Source of the DNA: a candidate division FCPU426 bacterium
GTDB lineage: Bacteria > Oederibacteriota > PGYV01 > Palsa-1178
DNA length: 64,000 nucleotides
Assembly (NCBI GenBank): GCA_963840035.1
Contig: CAWIXE010000001.1
Span: 1,171,065-1,235,064 of the forward strand
Reading direction: 5' to 3'
Position 1 is the stretch's first letter; the number at the start of each line of letters is the position of its first letter. Below are positions 1 through 10,200 of the stretch, in pieces. The notes beneath the pieces are model-generated. The model was not told where the DNA came from and searched no databases. It was given only the letters and a program-made list of their open reading frames with translations. A program made the translations under genes and the position numbers.

Positions 1-2
1 AT

Positions 3-722
3 TTCATAGGTATGACGCTCTTTTCGCAGCCTATCATTGCCGGCGGAATAGCGGGATTTATGTGCGGAGACCTGCGGACAGGCATAATCATAGGAAGCAT
101 TGTCCAGCTTATCTGGATATCGCCGCCTGTTGGCGCTTATGTGCCGCCTTCATCCACCGCCATTGCTTTTACCGCCACGGTTTTGAACGCTCAGAATATA
201 GGGCTTCACGCTATCGCGGACAGGGAGCCGTTGATGATGTTCTGCATCATAGCCGGCGCGGCTACCGGATATTTTGTGGGGCAGATGGATATATGGAACA
301 GGAAGCTAAACACACAGATTGTGCACATGTTTGAGCCCGGGATACTCAAAGGGCGCAGGCTTTATATGTCAGGGGCGCAGGCCACGGCGCTGGGCGCTAA
401 ATTTATAAGGGATTTTATTCTGTACGCCGCGATGTTTTCATATGGCGCCCACTTAACCGGCAAGATATTTGCCACGCTGCCGGTGGATATATTTCAGGGG
501 CTCACTATCGCCCTGTGGGCCGTGCCGGTTATCGGGCTTGCCGTTATTTTTGACCTGTACAGGTCAAAGCTCGGGGCGAATTTTCACGGCATAGTGTTCA
601 TATTATGTTACCTGGTGTTGTGGACCTATAAGTCCATAAACCCCGTATTTTTCATGCTTGCCATACTGACAGTATGCGCTTTTGTGATTTATAATTTTGT
701 CTGGAACAGGAAGGAAGCGTAA
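3..722 (+). CDS. PTS mannose/fructose/sorbose family IIC component (probably 5'-truncated by the window edge)
   Basis: Hydrophobic protein with SQPII...G...GDL..GIIIG...QLIW...PVGAYVPP motifs typical of EIIC-Man. The frame stays open upstream of ATG 12 to the window edge. It lies directly upstream of IID. Confidence 0.85.
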   Translation, partial: FIGMTLFSQPIIAGGIAGFMCGDLRTGIIIGSIVQLIWISPPVGAYVPPSSTAIAFTATVLNAQNIGLHAIADREPLMMFCIIAGAATGYFVGQMDIWNRKLNTQIVHMFEPGILKGRRLYMSGAQATALGAKFIRDFILYAAMFSYGAHLTGKIFATLPVDIFQGLTIALWAVPVIGLAVIFDLYRSKLGANFHGIVFILCYLVLWTYKSINPVFFMLAILTVCAFVIYNFVWNRKEA

Positions 723-1502
723 ATGAGAAAAGTATCGATTCCGTCCCTTATCTGGAGCGGTATCAAGCTTAATTTTCTGCAGGCTTCATGGAACTTTGAG
801 CGGCTGCAGAACGCCGGCTTTTTATTCTCAATAATAAACCTGCTGCGCGGCATATATAAGGACGACAGGGAAAAACTTACGGCGGCGATAAAGCGCCACA
901 TGGTTTTTTTTAATACGCACATATTTTTCTCGGCGGCCGTGCTTGGAGTTATGGCGAGGCTGGAGGAAGAACTGCCTGACGACGACCCTAAGAAAAAGGA
1001 CGCGGAAATCGAAAGCTCAAAGATGGGGATGATGGGGCCTCTGGCGGCAATAGGTGATTCGCTTTTCTGGTCGGGCCTGAAACCGCTGGCGCTTTTGACA
1101 GGTACAGGCATAGTATGGCTTTACAGGTTCAGCGTGGAAGGATGGCTCATCGCGTGCGGGGTATCTTTGTTGATATATAACGGGCCCAGGGTGGTAATAA
1201 AGTATTACCTTCTTATGAAGTCGTATTTTCAGTATAAAGAGCTTTTTGTCCTCATACAGAGGGTTAAATTTCAGGAAATAATGAAGTCCATTAAGGTGGC
1301 AGGCATGGGCATACTCGGGGCGGTCACGGCCCTGTATTTTGCGAGGAAGGAACTTACTATTATTGACAAGCGCTGGCTTGATTCGGCATTTCTCTTTGCG
1401 GCGTTCTGGCTGATAACAGTGGCCTTAAGAAGGAAGAAGTCGGTATCATACATATTTTCCATGGTGATTTTCATATCCGTGGTCCTGGCTTATATTATAT
1501 AA
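723..1502 (+). CDS. PTS mannose/fructose/sorbose family IID component
   Basis: QASWNFERLQNAGF, RHMVFFNTH and MGPLAAIGDSLFW are EIID-Man signatures. Confidence 0.95.
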   Translation: MRKVSIPSLIWSGIKLNFLQASWNFERLQNAGFLFSIINLLRGIYKDDREKLTAAIKRHMVFFNTHIFFSAAVLGVMARLEEELPDDDPKKKDAEIESSKMGMMGPLAAIGDSLFWSGLKPLALLTGTGIVWLYRFSVEGWLIACGVSLLIYNGPRVVIKYYLLMKSYFQYKELFVLIQRVKFQEIMKSIKVAGMGILGAVTALYFARKELTIIDKRWLDSAFLFAAFWLITVALRRKKSVSYIFSMVIFISVVLAYII

Positions 1503-1518
1503 CTAAAGGGAGAATGTC

Positions 1519-1791
1519 ATGGAGTATAAAAGGAAAGTGCTGATAGTAAATAACGCGGGGTTCCACCTAAGGGCCGTTGCCGTATTTGTCAAGGAGGCCG
1601 AGAAGTTCAAGTCGGACATAAAGGTGAAAAACGGGGAAATTGAGGCAGAGGGAAAGTCCATCATGGGCTTAACCACGCTTGGCGCGGGGAAAGGCGTGGA
1701 AATTGAGATTAAAGCCAACGGGCCTGACGCTAAAGAGGCCATTACAAGGCTCGCTAAAATAATAAGCGATAAATTCGGGGAGAAAGAATAA
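1519..1791 (+). CDS. ptsH: Phosphocarrier protein HPr
   Basis: 90 aa with GFHLRA (phospho-His) and GKSIMGL (Ser46 motif), directly upstream of EI. Confidence 0.93.
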   Translation: MEYKRKVLIVNNAGFHLRAVAVFVKEAEKFKSDIKVKNGEIEAEGKSIMGLTTLGAGKGVEIEIKANGPDAKEAITRLAKIISDKFGEKE

Positions 1792-3539
1792 TGTACAGGG
1801 GGATTGCTGCGTCGCCGGGCATCGTCATAGGGCCGGCATATGTGCTTACAAAAAGGTCGGCTGAGATAAAGAAGGAAAACATACCGGCGTCAAAGGTGGA
1901 GGCCGAGGTAATACGGCTGAAAAACGCCGTTGAAAAGACGCGCATGGAAATACTTGTCATAAAGGAAAAAGTCATTCATGACATAGGAAACGCCGAGGCG
2001 GAGATATTTAACGCGTATCTCATGCTGTTATCGGACCCGACTTTCGCGGGAAAAGCCGAAGATATGGTGAAAAAGCACGTAATCAATTCCGAGTACGCCT
2101 TCCACAAGGTACTTGATGACTACGCGGAATTTTCAAACAGGATAGCGGACAGCTATTTAAAGGAAAGAAGCAGGGACATTAATTCCCTGGTGGATAAGAT
2201 AATAAGGAACCTGGAAGGCTCCTCCGGAAGGTCTGAAGATGAGCCTGAGGAGAAATACATAATAATCGCGCAGGACCTATCCCCGGCTGATACGGCCGAC
2301 ATGGACAAGGACAGGGTGCTGGGTTTTGTGACGGAAATGGGCGGGGCCACTTCGCACACAGCCATAGTGGCGCGGTCGCTTGAAATCCCGGCCATTGTGG
2401 GCGTCAGGGACATAACAAAAACAGCCAAGACAGGCGACCTTCTTATCATTGACGGTGAAAAAGGGATTGTTGTGGTAAACCCCAACCCGAAAATACTGGC
2501 CGCTTACAAGGAAGAAAGAAAAAAGCACCTGCTGAAACTGAGGATGTTAAAAAGGCTTAAAAAACTTGACGCGATTACCGGGGACAGGCACAAGATAGAC
2601 CTGTCGGCGAATATTGAGTTTCCTGAGGAAGTCGGTTCGGTGCTTGAAAATAACGGCGAGGCAGTCGGGCTTTTCAGGACGGAATTCATATACATAAACA
2701 AATCAAACCTCCCGACTGAAGAGGAGCAGTTTGAGGCGTATAAGGCAGTGGTCCAGAAAATGAACCCGCGGCCGGTATGCTTAAGGACACTGGATATAGG
2801 AGGGGATAAATTTCTTCCGTATTTTAAGATACCGCCTGAACAAAACCCGTTCCTTGGGCTCCGGGCAATCCGGCTCACGATGGCAAACATAAATATATTC
2901 AAGCTCCAGCTGCGCGCCATACTGCGCGCGTCGGCTTTCGGAAAAGTTAAACTGATGTTTCCCATGATTACAGTACCGGAAGAGATAGAAGAGGCAAAGA
3001 AGATATTGGAAGAGGTAAAGAACGACCTGAAAAGGAAAGAGGTAAAGTTTGACGCGAACATGAAAGTCGGCGTCATGATAGAAGTCCCGTCCGCGGCGCT
3101 AATGTCGGATGAGATAGCCAAAAAGGTGGATTTCTTTTCCATCGGGACCAATGACCTGATACAGTATACAACGGCAACAGACAGGGGAAATGAGGCGGTA
3201 TCGTACCTGTACGACCCGCTTAATCCGGCTGTTTTAAGGCTGATAAAGATGATCGCGACAAACGCCCATAAAAACGGCATAAAGGTTTCCGTATGCGGCG
3301 AGATGGCGGGCGAACCGCATCTGGCGTTCCTGCTCATTGGCCTCGGCATAGACGAACTTTCAGTCAGCCCGTCCTCAATCCTTTCGGTTAAAAAACTTAT
3401 CAGGTCCATAGATTTTAAGGACGCGCTTGAGATCGCGGACGCGGTTTTAAAGGAAGACAGGGGTACGGCCATAAAGGAAATAATACTTTCAAAACTCAAC
3501 AGCATATTATATTCCAAGGAAAAGGGGAAAAAAGAATAA
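1791..3539 (+). CDS. ptsI: Phosphoenolpyruvate-protein phosphotransferase (PTS enzyme I)
   Basis: GIAASPGI N-terminus, GGATSHTAIVAR phospho-His motif, VGLFRTEF, NPFLGLRAIR, DFFSIGTNDLIQY, VCGEMAG. Confidence 0.98.
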   Translation: MYRGIAASPGIVIGPAYVLTKRSAEIKKENIPASKVEAEVIRLKNAVEKTRMEILVIKEKVIHDIGNAEAEIFNAYLMLLSDPTFAGKAEDMVKKHVINSEYAFHKVLDDYAEFSNRIADSYLKERSRDINSLVDKIIRNLEGSSGRSEDEPEEKYIIIAQDLSPADTADMDKDRVLGFVTEMGGATSHTAIVARSLEIPAIVGVRDITKTAKTGDLLIIDGEKGIVVVNPNPKILAAYKEERKKHLLKLRMLKRLKKLDAITGDRHKIDLSANIEFPEEVGSVLENNGEAVGLFRTEFIYINKSNLPTEEEQFEAYKAVVQKMNPRPVCLRTLDIGGDKFLPYFKIPPEQNPFLGLRAIRLTMANINIFKLQLRAILRASAFGKVKLMFPMITVPEEIEEAKKILEEVKNDLKRKEVKFDANMKVGVMIEVPSAALMSDEIAKKVDFFSIGTNDLIQYTTATDRGNEAVSYLYDPLNPAVLRLIKMIATNAHKNGIKVSVCGEMAGEPHLAFLLIGLGIDELSVSPSSILSVKKLIRSIDFKDALEIADAVLKEDRGTAIKEIILSKLNSILYSKEKGKKE

Positions 3540-4399
3540 TGAAGATAAAAAAAGCCGTAATACCCGTGGCGGGCCTTGGCACCAGGTTCCTGCCTTACAC
3601 CAAAGCCATTCCCAAGGAAATGCTACCGATTATCGACCTGCCGGCCATTCACTTCATAGTAAAAGAAGCCATAGACTCAGGGATAGAATCCATACTTTTT
3701 ATAACTTCCAAGGAAAAATACAGCATAGAGGATTATTTTGACAGGAATTTTTATCTGGAATATTTTCTCAACAAAAATAAAAATGCAAAGGGTCTTGAGG
3801 AAATAAAAAGGATACCTGAGAATGTGAATATATTTTCCGTGAGGCAAAAAGAGGCCATGGGGCTCGGACACGCCATACTTCACGCCGAGGATTTCATAGG
3901 CAACGAGGATTTTGCCGTGTTCCTTCCGGATGACCTGATATTTTCGGATAAGCCGGTTATGAAGGAGATGATATCCATCCATGAAAAACACGGCAAGGGC
4001 GTCATCGCCGTTGAGGCTGTGGCAAAGGAAAAGATAAGTTCTTACGGCATAATTAAACCCAAAACCATATCAAAAAGGATATTTGAAGTGCTGGACCTGG
4101 CGGAAAAGCCCCCGGTTAAAAAGGCTTTTTCAAACCTCGGCATAGTGGGCAGGTATGTAATGCCGGCATCCATATTCACCTATATCAAGAACACAAAACC
4201 CGGGGCCAAGGGCGAGATACAGCTGACTGACGCGTTAAAGACCTTAATGACTGTTGAGGGGCTTCTTGCGCATGAATTTGAAGGCACCAGGTGCGACACG
4301 GGCGATAAATTCGAGTACATAATGGCCATATTAAAATACGCCAGCATGCAGAAAGAATACAGGGACAGGCTTAAAAAAGAGATAAAAAAGATATTTTAA
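3539..4399 (+). CDS. galU: UTP--glucose-1-phosphate uridylyltransferase
   Basis: KKAVIPVAGLGTRFLPYTKAIPKEMLPIID, VRQKEAMGLGHAI, GEIQLTDAL. Its start overlaps the ptsI stop (TAATG). Confidence 0.95.
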   Translation: MKIKKAVIPVAGLGTRFLPYTKAIPKEMLPIIDLPAIHFIVKEAIDSGIESILFITSKEKYSIEDYFDRNFYLEYFLNKNKNAKGLEEIKRIPENVNIFSVRQKEAMGLGHAILHAEDFIGNEDFAVFLPDDLIFSDKPVMKEMISIHEKHGKGVIAVEAVAKEKISSYGIIKPKTISKRIFEVLDLAEKPPVKKAFSNLGIVGRYVMPASIFTYIKNTKPGAKGEIQLTDALKTLMTVEGLLAHEFEGTRCDTGDKFEYIMAILKYASMQKEYRDRLKKEIKKIF

Positions 4400-4433
4400 T
4401 AAAGCGTTTTTTGCTTCAACATTCGTGTCTGTC

Positions 4434-4548
4434 TGTCATTGCGAGGAGGCGTTTTTAGCACTCTGCCGACGAAGCAATCCTGTTGTTTTAGAGGGCGGAG
4501 CGAGATTGCTTCGTCACCATGGGGCAGAAACGGTTCCTCGCAATGACA
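4434..4548. repeat. Nested palindromic intergenic element (REP/RPE-like)
   Basis: Perfect 14-bp outer IR TGTCATTGCGAGGA/TCCTCGCAATGACA (4434-4447/4535-4548) and 12-bp inner IR GACGAAGCAATC/GATTGCTTCGTC (4468-4479/4504-4515). Confidence 0.85.
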
Positions 4549-4605
4549 ACCTGTGATTATGCGGGTTTTATGAAATAAATTAAAATCGTATCAGGGAGGA
4601 ATTTT

Positions 4606-5115
4606 ATGGTAAAAATGTTCGTTAATCTTTTAAGCATCCTGAATTCAAACACGAAGCCGGGTGAAATTGCCCTTGGCGCGGTGCTCGGTATGTTTGCGGC
4701 TTTTATGATGCCGGCGCCTGTGGCCTTTTGGGGAATATTTTTAATAGCCCTGCTGCTCAACTGCAACTACTCATTCTTCCTTTTAAGTATCCTTATATTT
4801 AAAGGCCTTGCTTTCGGCATAGACCACATAGGCGACAAGATCGGTTATGCCGTGCTTACGGCGCCGTTCTTTGAACAGCTGGGGTCAAAACTCATGGCAA
4901 TGCCGGTGGTGCCGTTTTCCAAGTTTAACTATACCGTCATCATGGGGGATTTTATTATCGCGATAGTATTAACCCCGTTTGTCTGGATAGCAATGGCGGG
5001 GTTCGTGCCTTTTTACAGGAAGAACATGCAGGCGGCCGTGGATAAGTTTAAAATTGTAAAAATGGTAAAGATGACAAATTTCTATAAAATTTATGAAAAC
5101 TTCAAGGGGGAATAA
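4606..5115 (+). CDS. TIGR03546-family membrane protein
   Basis: LNSNTKPGEIALGAVLG N-terminus and FNYTVIMG motif; hydrophobic; adjacent to a TIGR03545-like gene. Family recognised from memory, not by search. Confidence 0.75.
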   Translation: MVKMFVNLLSILNSNTKPGEIALGAVLGMFAAFMMPAPVAFWGIFLIALLLNCNYSFFLLSILIFKGLAFGIDHIGDKIGYAVLTAPFFEQLGSKLMAMPVVPFSKFNYTVIMGDFIIAIVLTPFVWIAMAGFVPFYRKNMQAAVDKFKIVKMVKMTNFYKIYENFKGE

Positions 5116-5116
5116 T

Positions 5117-6973
5117 ATGTTCAGAAAAAAAGGGCTCATATACGCCGGGATTATCCTGGCAATCATTATTATATTTGACGTTTTCTTTTTAAACTCCCTC
5201 GTGAAGGCGGCCCTCATTTGGCAGGGCAAAAGCCTTTTCATGGCAAAGGTAAGCATTGCCTCGGTTAAGATCGACCTGCTGAAGTCTAAAACCACAATAA
5301 AAGGGCTGGTTGTGGCTGACAGGAATAAGGAATTTAAAAATCTTTTTGAGACCTCCGAGATTACCGCGGATTTCATGTTCCTGCCCCTGCTGGAAAAAAA
5401 GTTCATCATAGACAATGTTTCGGTGATAAACCTCGCGGTTGGCACGGACAGGAAAGACTCCGGGTTCCTCGCGCCCGCTGACGCGAAAAAGATAGAAAAA
5501 GAAAAGAAAGACGCGAAAAACAGCTTCGCGGCCAAGCTGCTTGATAAGGCCGCTGACAAGGCCTCAAAAGAGATACAGAAGATGCCTGTGGCGAAATTGT
5601 CGGACCTAAAGGACGTCAAGAACCTGGATTATAAAAAGTATATTAATAAGGAAACGCTTGAGTCATATAAAGCCGCGGATTACGCCGCTAAAAACGTTAC
5701 GGCCGCCAAAACAGCCGCTGAAGCCTCGATTAAAGCCGTGGACGCTGACGCCAAGTTAAAGGCAGTCCAGGAATCCATAAAGAAGGTAAAGGAAACAAAG
5801 ATAGCAGGAGTGCAGGACCTGGCAAAAGGCCAGCAGGCTTTGGCGGAACTTGATAATATCAAAAAGACTGCGGACGAACTGACTAATAGCGTAAATAAAG
5901 CCAAAGACGACGTAAAGGCAGTGGCTGATGTAACAAAAGCCTCTTATGACGCAATTAACGAAGGCAAGGAAAACGACATAAAAAAAGTGATGTCAGCGGT
6001 AAATATAAACATTCTTGACGCCAAATCAGTTGAAAAAGCCCTCATAGGCCCTGTGTGGTATGACAAGGTAACCAGGATACTGCAGTATATTGACATGGCG
6101 AATAAATACATTCCCGTGATGAAAAAGAAGGATAAGAAGGCCACGGTGGTTAAAAGGGGCGTGGGAAGGGAAGTAATTTTCTCATATGACGCCAGGTATC
6201 CGGGATTCTGGATAAAAAAGATGGTCCTCTCTGTTGACGGGAAAAACAACACTGCTGGTTATTTCATGCGCGGCGAGATAGACGACATCGCCATAGAGCA
6301 GGGGATTACAGGAAAACCGCTTAAGGTGTCGCTGCAGCTTGACAATCCTTCGCAGACAATTTCCGTAAAAGCATCCATATACCACGTGGAGGAGCGCGAT
6401 GATTCCATAGTTGTTGAAGTGGCCAACCTGCCGGCGTCGGCAGCCGGGCTTAATAAGGTGGATTTCGGCGGCATCACCATACCAAAGGCAAAAACCGCGT
6501 ACATGATAAAAGTACGCTCGACAGACGCGGCGCTGACGGTTAACGGCGAAATAAGGGAAAAGGACGTGGAGTTCGCTTCCGCGGATAAGAACAACCTGAC
6601 ATACCAGGTGCTAAGCAATATTGACGCTTTCCAGATAGATATCATGATGAGGGGCGCGGAAAAGGATTCATCCATCAGCGTCACATCGGACATAGGCGAG
6701 AGGCTGAAAAAAGCCGTGGATAAGATATACGGAAAGAAAGTGGCCGAAGCAAAAGCCGCCGTGAACAAGGCCATAGAGCAGGCGATAAAGGACAAGATGA
6801 AAGAGGTAACAAAACTGGCTGACGGAGCAAAAGCCGAAGCGGACAAACAGATAAAAGGGATAACGGACAAGATATCCGCCAACAATAAGGACATAGACAA
6901 AGCCAAGTCCGACATAACTAAAAAGATAGCCGGCGGCGGGACGAATAACCTGCTGAAAGGTTTATTTAAGTAA
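5117..6973 (+). CDS. TIGR03545-family protein (N-terminal anchor, beta-rich ends, central coiled coil)
   Basis: One N-terminal TM helix, a ..KNLFE...DF..LPLLEKKFIID region and a K/A-rich coiled coil; paired with TIGR03546. ATG 5117 follows GGGGG and is preferred over 5093. Confidence 0.7.
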   Translation: MFRKKGLIYAGIILAIIIIFDVFFLNSLVKAALIWQGKSLFMAKVSIASVKIDLLKSKTTIKGLVVADRNKEFKNLFETSEITADFMFLPLLEKKFIIDNVSVINLAVGTDRKDSGFLAPADAKKIEKEKKDAKNSFAAKLLDKAADKASKEIQKMPVAKLSDLKDVKNLDYKKYINKETLESYKAADYAAKNVTAAKTAAEASIKAVDADAKLKAVQESIKKVKETKIAGVQDLAKGQQALAELDNIKKTADELTNSVNKAKDDVKAVADVTKASYDAINEGKENDIKKVMSAVNINILDAKSVEKALIGPVWYDKVTRILQYIDMANKYIPVMKKKDKKATVVKRGVGREVIFSYDARYPGFWIKKMVLSVDGKNNTAGYFMRGEIDDIAIEQGITGKPLKVSLQLDNPSQTISVKASIYHVEERDDSIVVEVANLPASAAGLNKVDFGGITIPKAKTAYMIKVRSTDAALTVNGEIREKDVEFASADKNNLTYQVLSNIDAFQIDIMMRGAEKDSSISVTSDIGERLKKAVDKIYGKKVAEAKAAVNKAIEQAIKDKMKEVTKLADGAKAEADKQIKGITDKISANNKDIDKAKSDITKKIAGGGTNNLLKGLFK

Positions 6974-6974
6974 T

Positions 6975-7107
6975 TAATTTTGAATTTTCAATTTTATATT
7001 TTCAATTGGAGATAATACCCGGTTGCCTTTATTCGATGTTATTAAACTAACAGCATGTTGGCTATTTTACTATTAATTGAAAATATAAAATTCAAAATTG
7101 AAAATTA
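6975..7107. repeat. Heptamer-periodic inverted repeat element (ATTTTCA type), copy 1
   Basis: 33-bp arms at 6975-7007 and 7075-7107 are reverse complements with 2 mismatches. Confidence 0.85.
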
Positions 7108-7153
7108 TCCCTATTGATAAAAATCCGTAAAAGTGTATAATTTTTTAGCGGTA

Positions 7154-7184
7154 AATCCAGAATTTAGAATCCGGAATATAGAAT
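7154..7184. repeat. Heptamer tandem array (AATCCAG type), single arm
   Basis: AATCCAG AATTTAG AATCCGG AATATAG AAT just upstream of polC; the same type occurs at 22059-22159. Confidence 0.65.
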
Positions 7185-7202
7185 ACATTTAAAGGATATT
7201 AT

Positions 7203-10200
7203 ATGGCTTTCAGCTATAACCTTAACATAAACGATGAAGAGACAAAAACCGCCATTAAAGACTTATATGGGGCGGAATCCACGGATGAGTTCTTCTCATC
7301 TGTTAAGTTCAATTCCCTTGAGTTCGCAGACAATGAAAGCGGCGAGATACTCGTAAAAATGGACGTTTTTAAGCCGTTTAACACAGCCCAGCTCGAGAAA
7401 TTCGGGGCCTATATCCTCAAATCAGCCAATAAAACACCTGTATTCCGTTTTAATTTCTCTAAAGATATGAAACCAGCGGCTATTATAAGCTCTTTCTGGC
7501 CCTTTTTTAAGGAACTGCCGGGCGTTGAAAAGACGTGGCTTGATTACGCTGTGGCTGAAGAAAAAGATGGCGCTGTAGTCGTTAAATGTTTTACGGACCT
7601 GGCTTACACAAAAATAACGGAAAAGAAAGCAATTCAGCAGTTAAAGAAGAAAATGGCGGAGTTTGGCGGCGGGCCCGTGGAAGTTGCCGTTGAAGTGGCT
7701 GAAAAGACCGAGGCCGATAAGAAGCCGGTAAATATTGTAAGGACCATGGAAGTCGCGAAACCCAAAGTCCCGCCCAGCAAGATACTTAAGGATGAGGAAA
7801 TACCCGGAGAAAAAATAGCCCTTGAGAATATACTGGGTAAGGGCAAGTATGTCATAGAAGGCAGGGTCTTTGTCGCGGATGAAAAGAAGTACTGGCGTGA
7901 CATGCAGGGCAGGGAAGGCAATAACGCGAAAATAATATTTTTTTATATGACAGATGAAAAGGAAACCATAAAACTTTCATGCTGGCTTGATGATGATGAC
8001 GGATTATTTAACGCGATAAAGGACATAAAATATGCAAGGGTCCTTATTGAGGCGGATTATTACCCCAATGAGATGGAGATAACCGGCAGGGTCAAGAAAA
8101 TGCAGCTGACAAAAGAGCCGGTTATGGCTGATACGGCACCGGAAAAAAGGGTGGAACTCCACGCCCACACGCAGATGAGCGCCATGGACGCGCTTATGAG
8201 CGTGAAGCAGTACTTAAGGACAGCCGCGGCCTGGGGGCACCCGGCAGCCGCCATAACAGACCATGGAGTCGTGCACTCATACCCGGAAGCGTATCAGATA
8301 GTAAACGACAGGAAATCACCCCTCGCGCTGAAGCTGATACTCGGCATGGAAGGCTATCTTATGGAACAGAACATTAAGATAGACAGGGAGGATAAGGATG
8401 GGGAAAAATTCACGGAAAAACCTTTTCATATGGTACTGCTGGTAAAAAACAGCGCGGGCCTGCGCAATCTCTACAGGCTGGTATCGCTTTCGCACCTGGA
8501 GCATTTTTATAAGAAACCTAACATTCCCCGTGAACTTCTGATGAATAACAGGGAAGGGCTGCTCGTCGGGTCCGCGTGTTATTTGGGAGAGGTTTACCAG
8601 GCTATACTTAACAGGAAAACCCCGGAGGAAATAAAACAGATAGCTTCGTTCTATGATTACCTTGAGATACAGCCAAATGAAAATAATAAGTTCTTAATCA
8701 GGTCGGGCAGGGTGGATTCAGAGGACAGCTTAAACGCCATAAACATGCAGATATGCGCCCTCGGCGCCGAACTGGGCAAGCCTGTGGTCGCCACCGGCGA
8801 TGTGCATTTTTTAAAACATGACGATAAGATCTACAGGGAAGTAATAATGTCGGGCCAGGGATATGATGATATCGGAGATACGGGTACCGCGGACTTATCC
8901 TTCAGGACCACGGATAACATGCTAAAAGAATTCATGTACCTTGGTTCGGAAAAGGCCCATGAGGTCGTGGTGAAGAACACCAGGTTAATCGCGGACATGA
9001 TAGAGGCAAACATCAGGCCTGTGCCCAAGGATTTAAACCCGCCAACCATAGATAACTCGGACGATGAGATAAGGGACGCTTCATGGAACAGGGCCGCTGA
9101 GATATACGGAATAAACCTTCCTGAGATAGTCAGGGAGCGGGTGGACAGGGAATTAAACGCCATCATAGGAAACAAGTATTCGGTACTTTACCTGATCGCT
9201 AAAAAAATGGTGGAAAAATCCAACAGCGACGGTTACATCGTAGGGTCCAGAGGCTCGGTTGGGTCTTCAATGGTGGCGTTCCTTTGCGGCATATCAGAAG
9301 TAAACCCCATGCAGGCGCACTATGTGTGCCCCAAGTGCCAGCACAGTGAGTTTGTCCATACCGACCTGGTAGGCGTGGATCTGCCGGAAAAGGCCTGCCC
9401 CGTGTGCGATGAAAAGACCGTTAGGGACGGTTTTAACATTCCTTTTGAGACATTCATGGGGTTCAAAGGCGAAAAAGTGCCTGATATAGACCTTAACTTT
9501 TCCGGGGAATACCAGGAAAAGATACATAAATTCATAGTCGAGCTTTTCGGTTCGGACAAGGTCTTCCGCGCCGGCACAATAGGCACCATACAGGAAAAGA
9601 CCATAAAAAAGGAATACATACCCAAGTATGAGGAAAAGACCAAAAGAAAGCTAAAGGAAGCGGACAAGGAACGCGTGGCCAAGGGGTGCGCCGGGGTAAA
9701 AAGGTCCACAGGCCAGCACGCGGGCGGCATGATGCTTGTGCCTAAGGCAAAGGACATATACGATTTTACGCCGGTCCAGAACCCGCCTAATGATTTTCAG
9801 ACAATTACAACGCATTTTGATTATGAATACATACACGACGCGCTGGTAAAAATTGACGCGCTCGGACATGACCTTCCGACAAGCTTAAAAAGGATATGTG
9901 AAGAGTTAAAAATTAACGTAAATGACATACCCTTAGACGACAAGGACACCATGAAGCTCTTTTCCGGGGTGTCGGTGCTGAAGGTGGACCCGAAGAATTA
10001 TACGCCGCCCATAGGCACGCTTGGAGTGCCTGAGTACGGCACCAGGTTTACCAGGGAAATGCTCGCTATGACAAAGCCAAAAACATTCAGCGAGCTTGTA
10101 TATGTGTCGGGGCTCTCCCACGGCACTGATGTGTGGCGCGGCAATGCCGAGGACCTCATAAAGAATAAGACCGCCACGTTAAAGGAAGTCATATCCGTCA

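Noticed and set aside
1519..1791. HPr variant GFHLRA instead of GLHARP
   Set aside because: The catalytic His, the Arg two residues later and the Ser46 motif are intact, so this is within plausible family variation.
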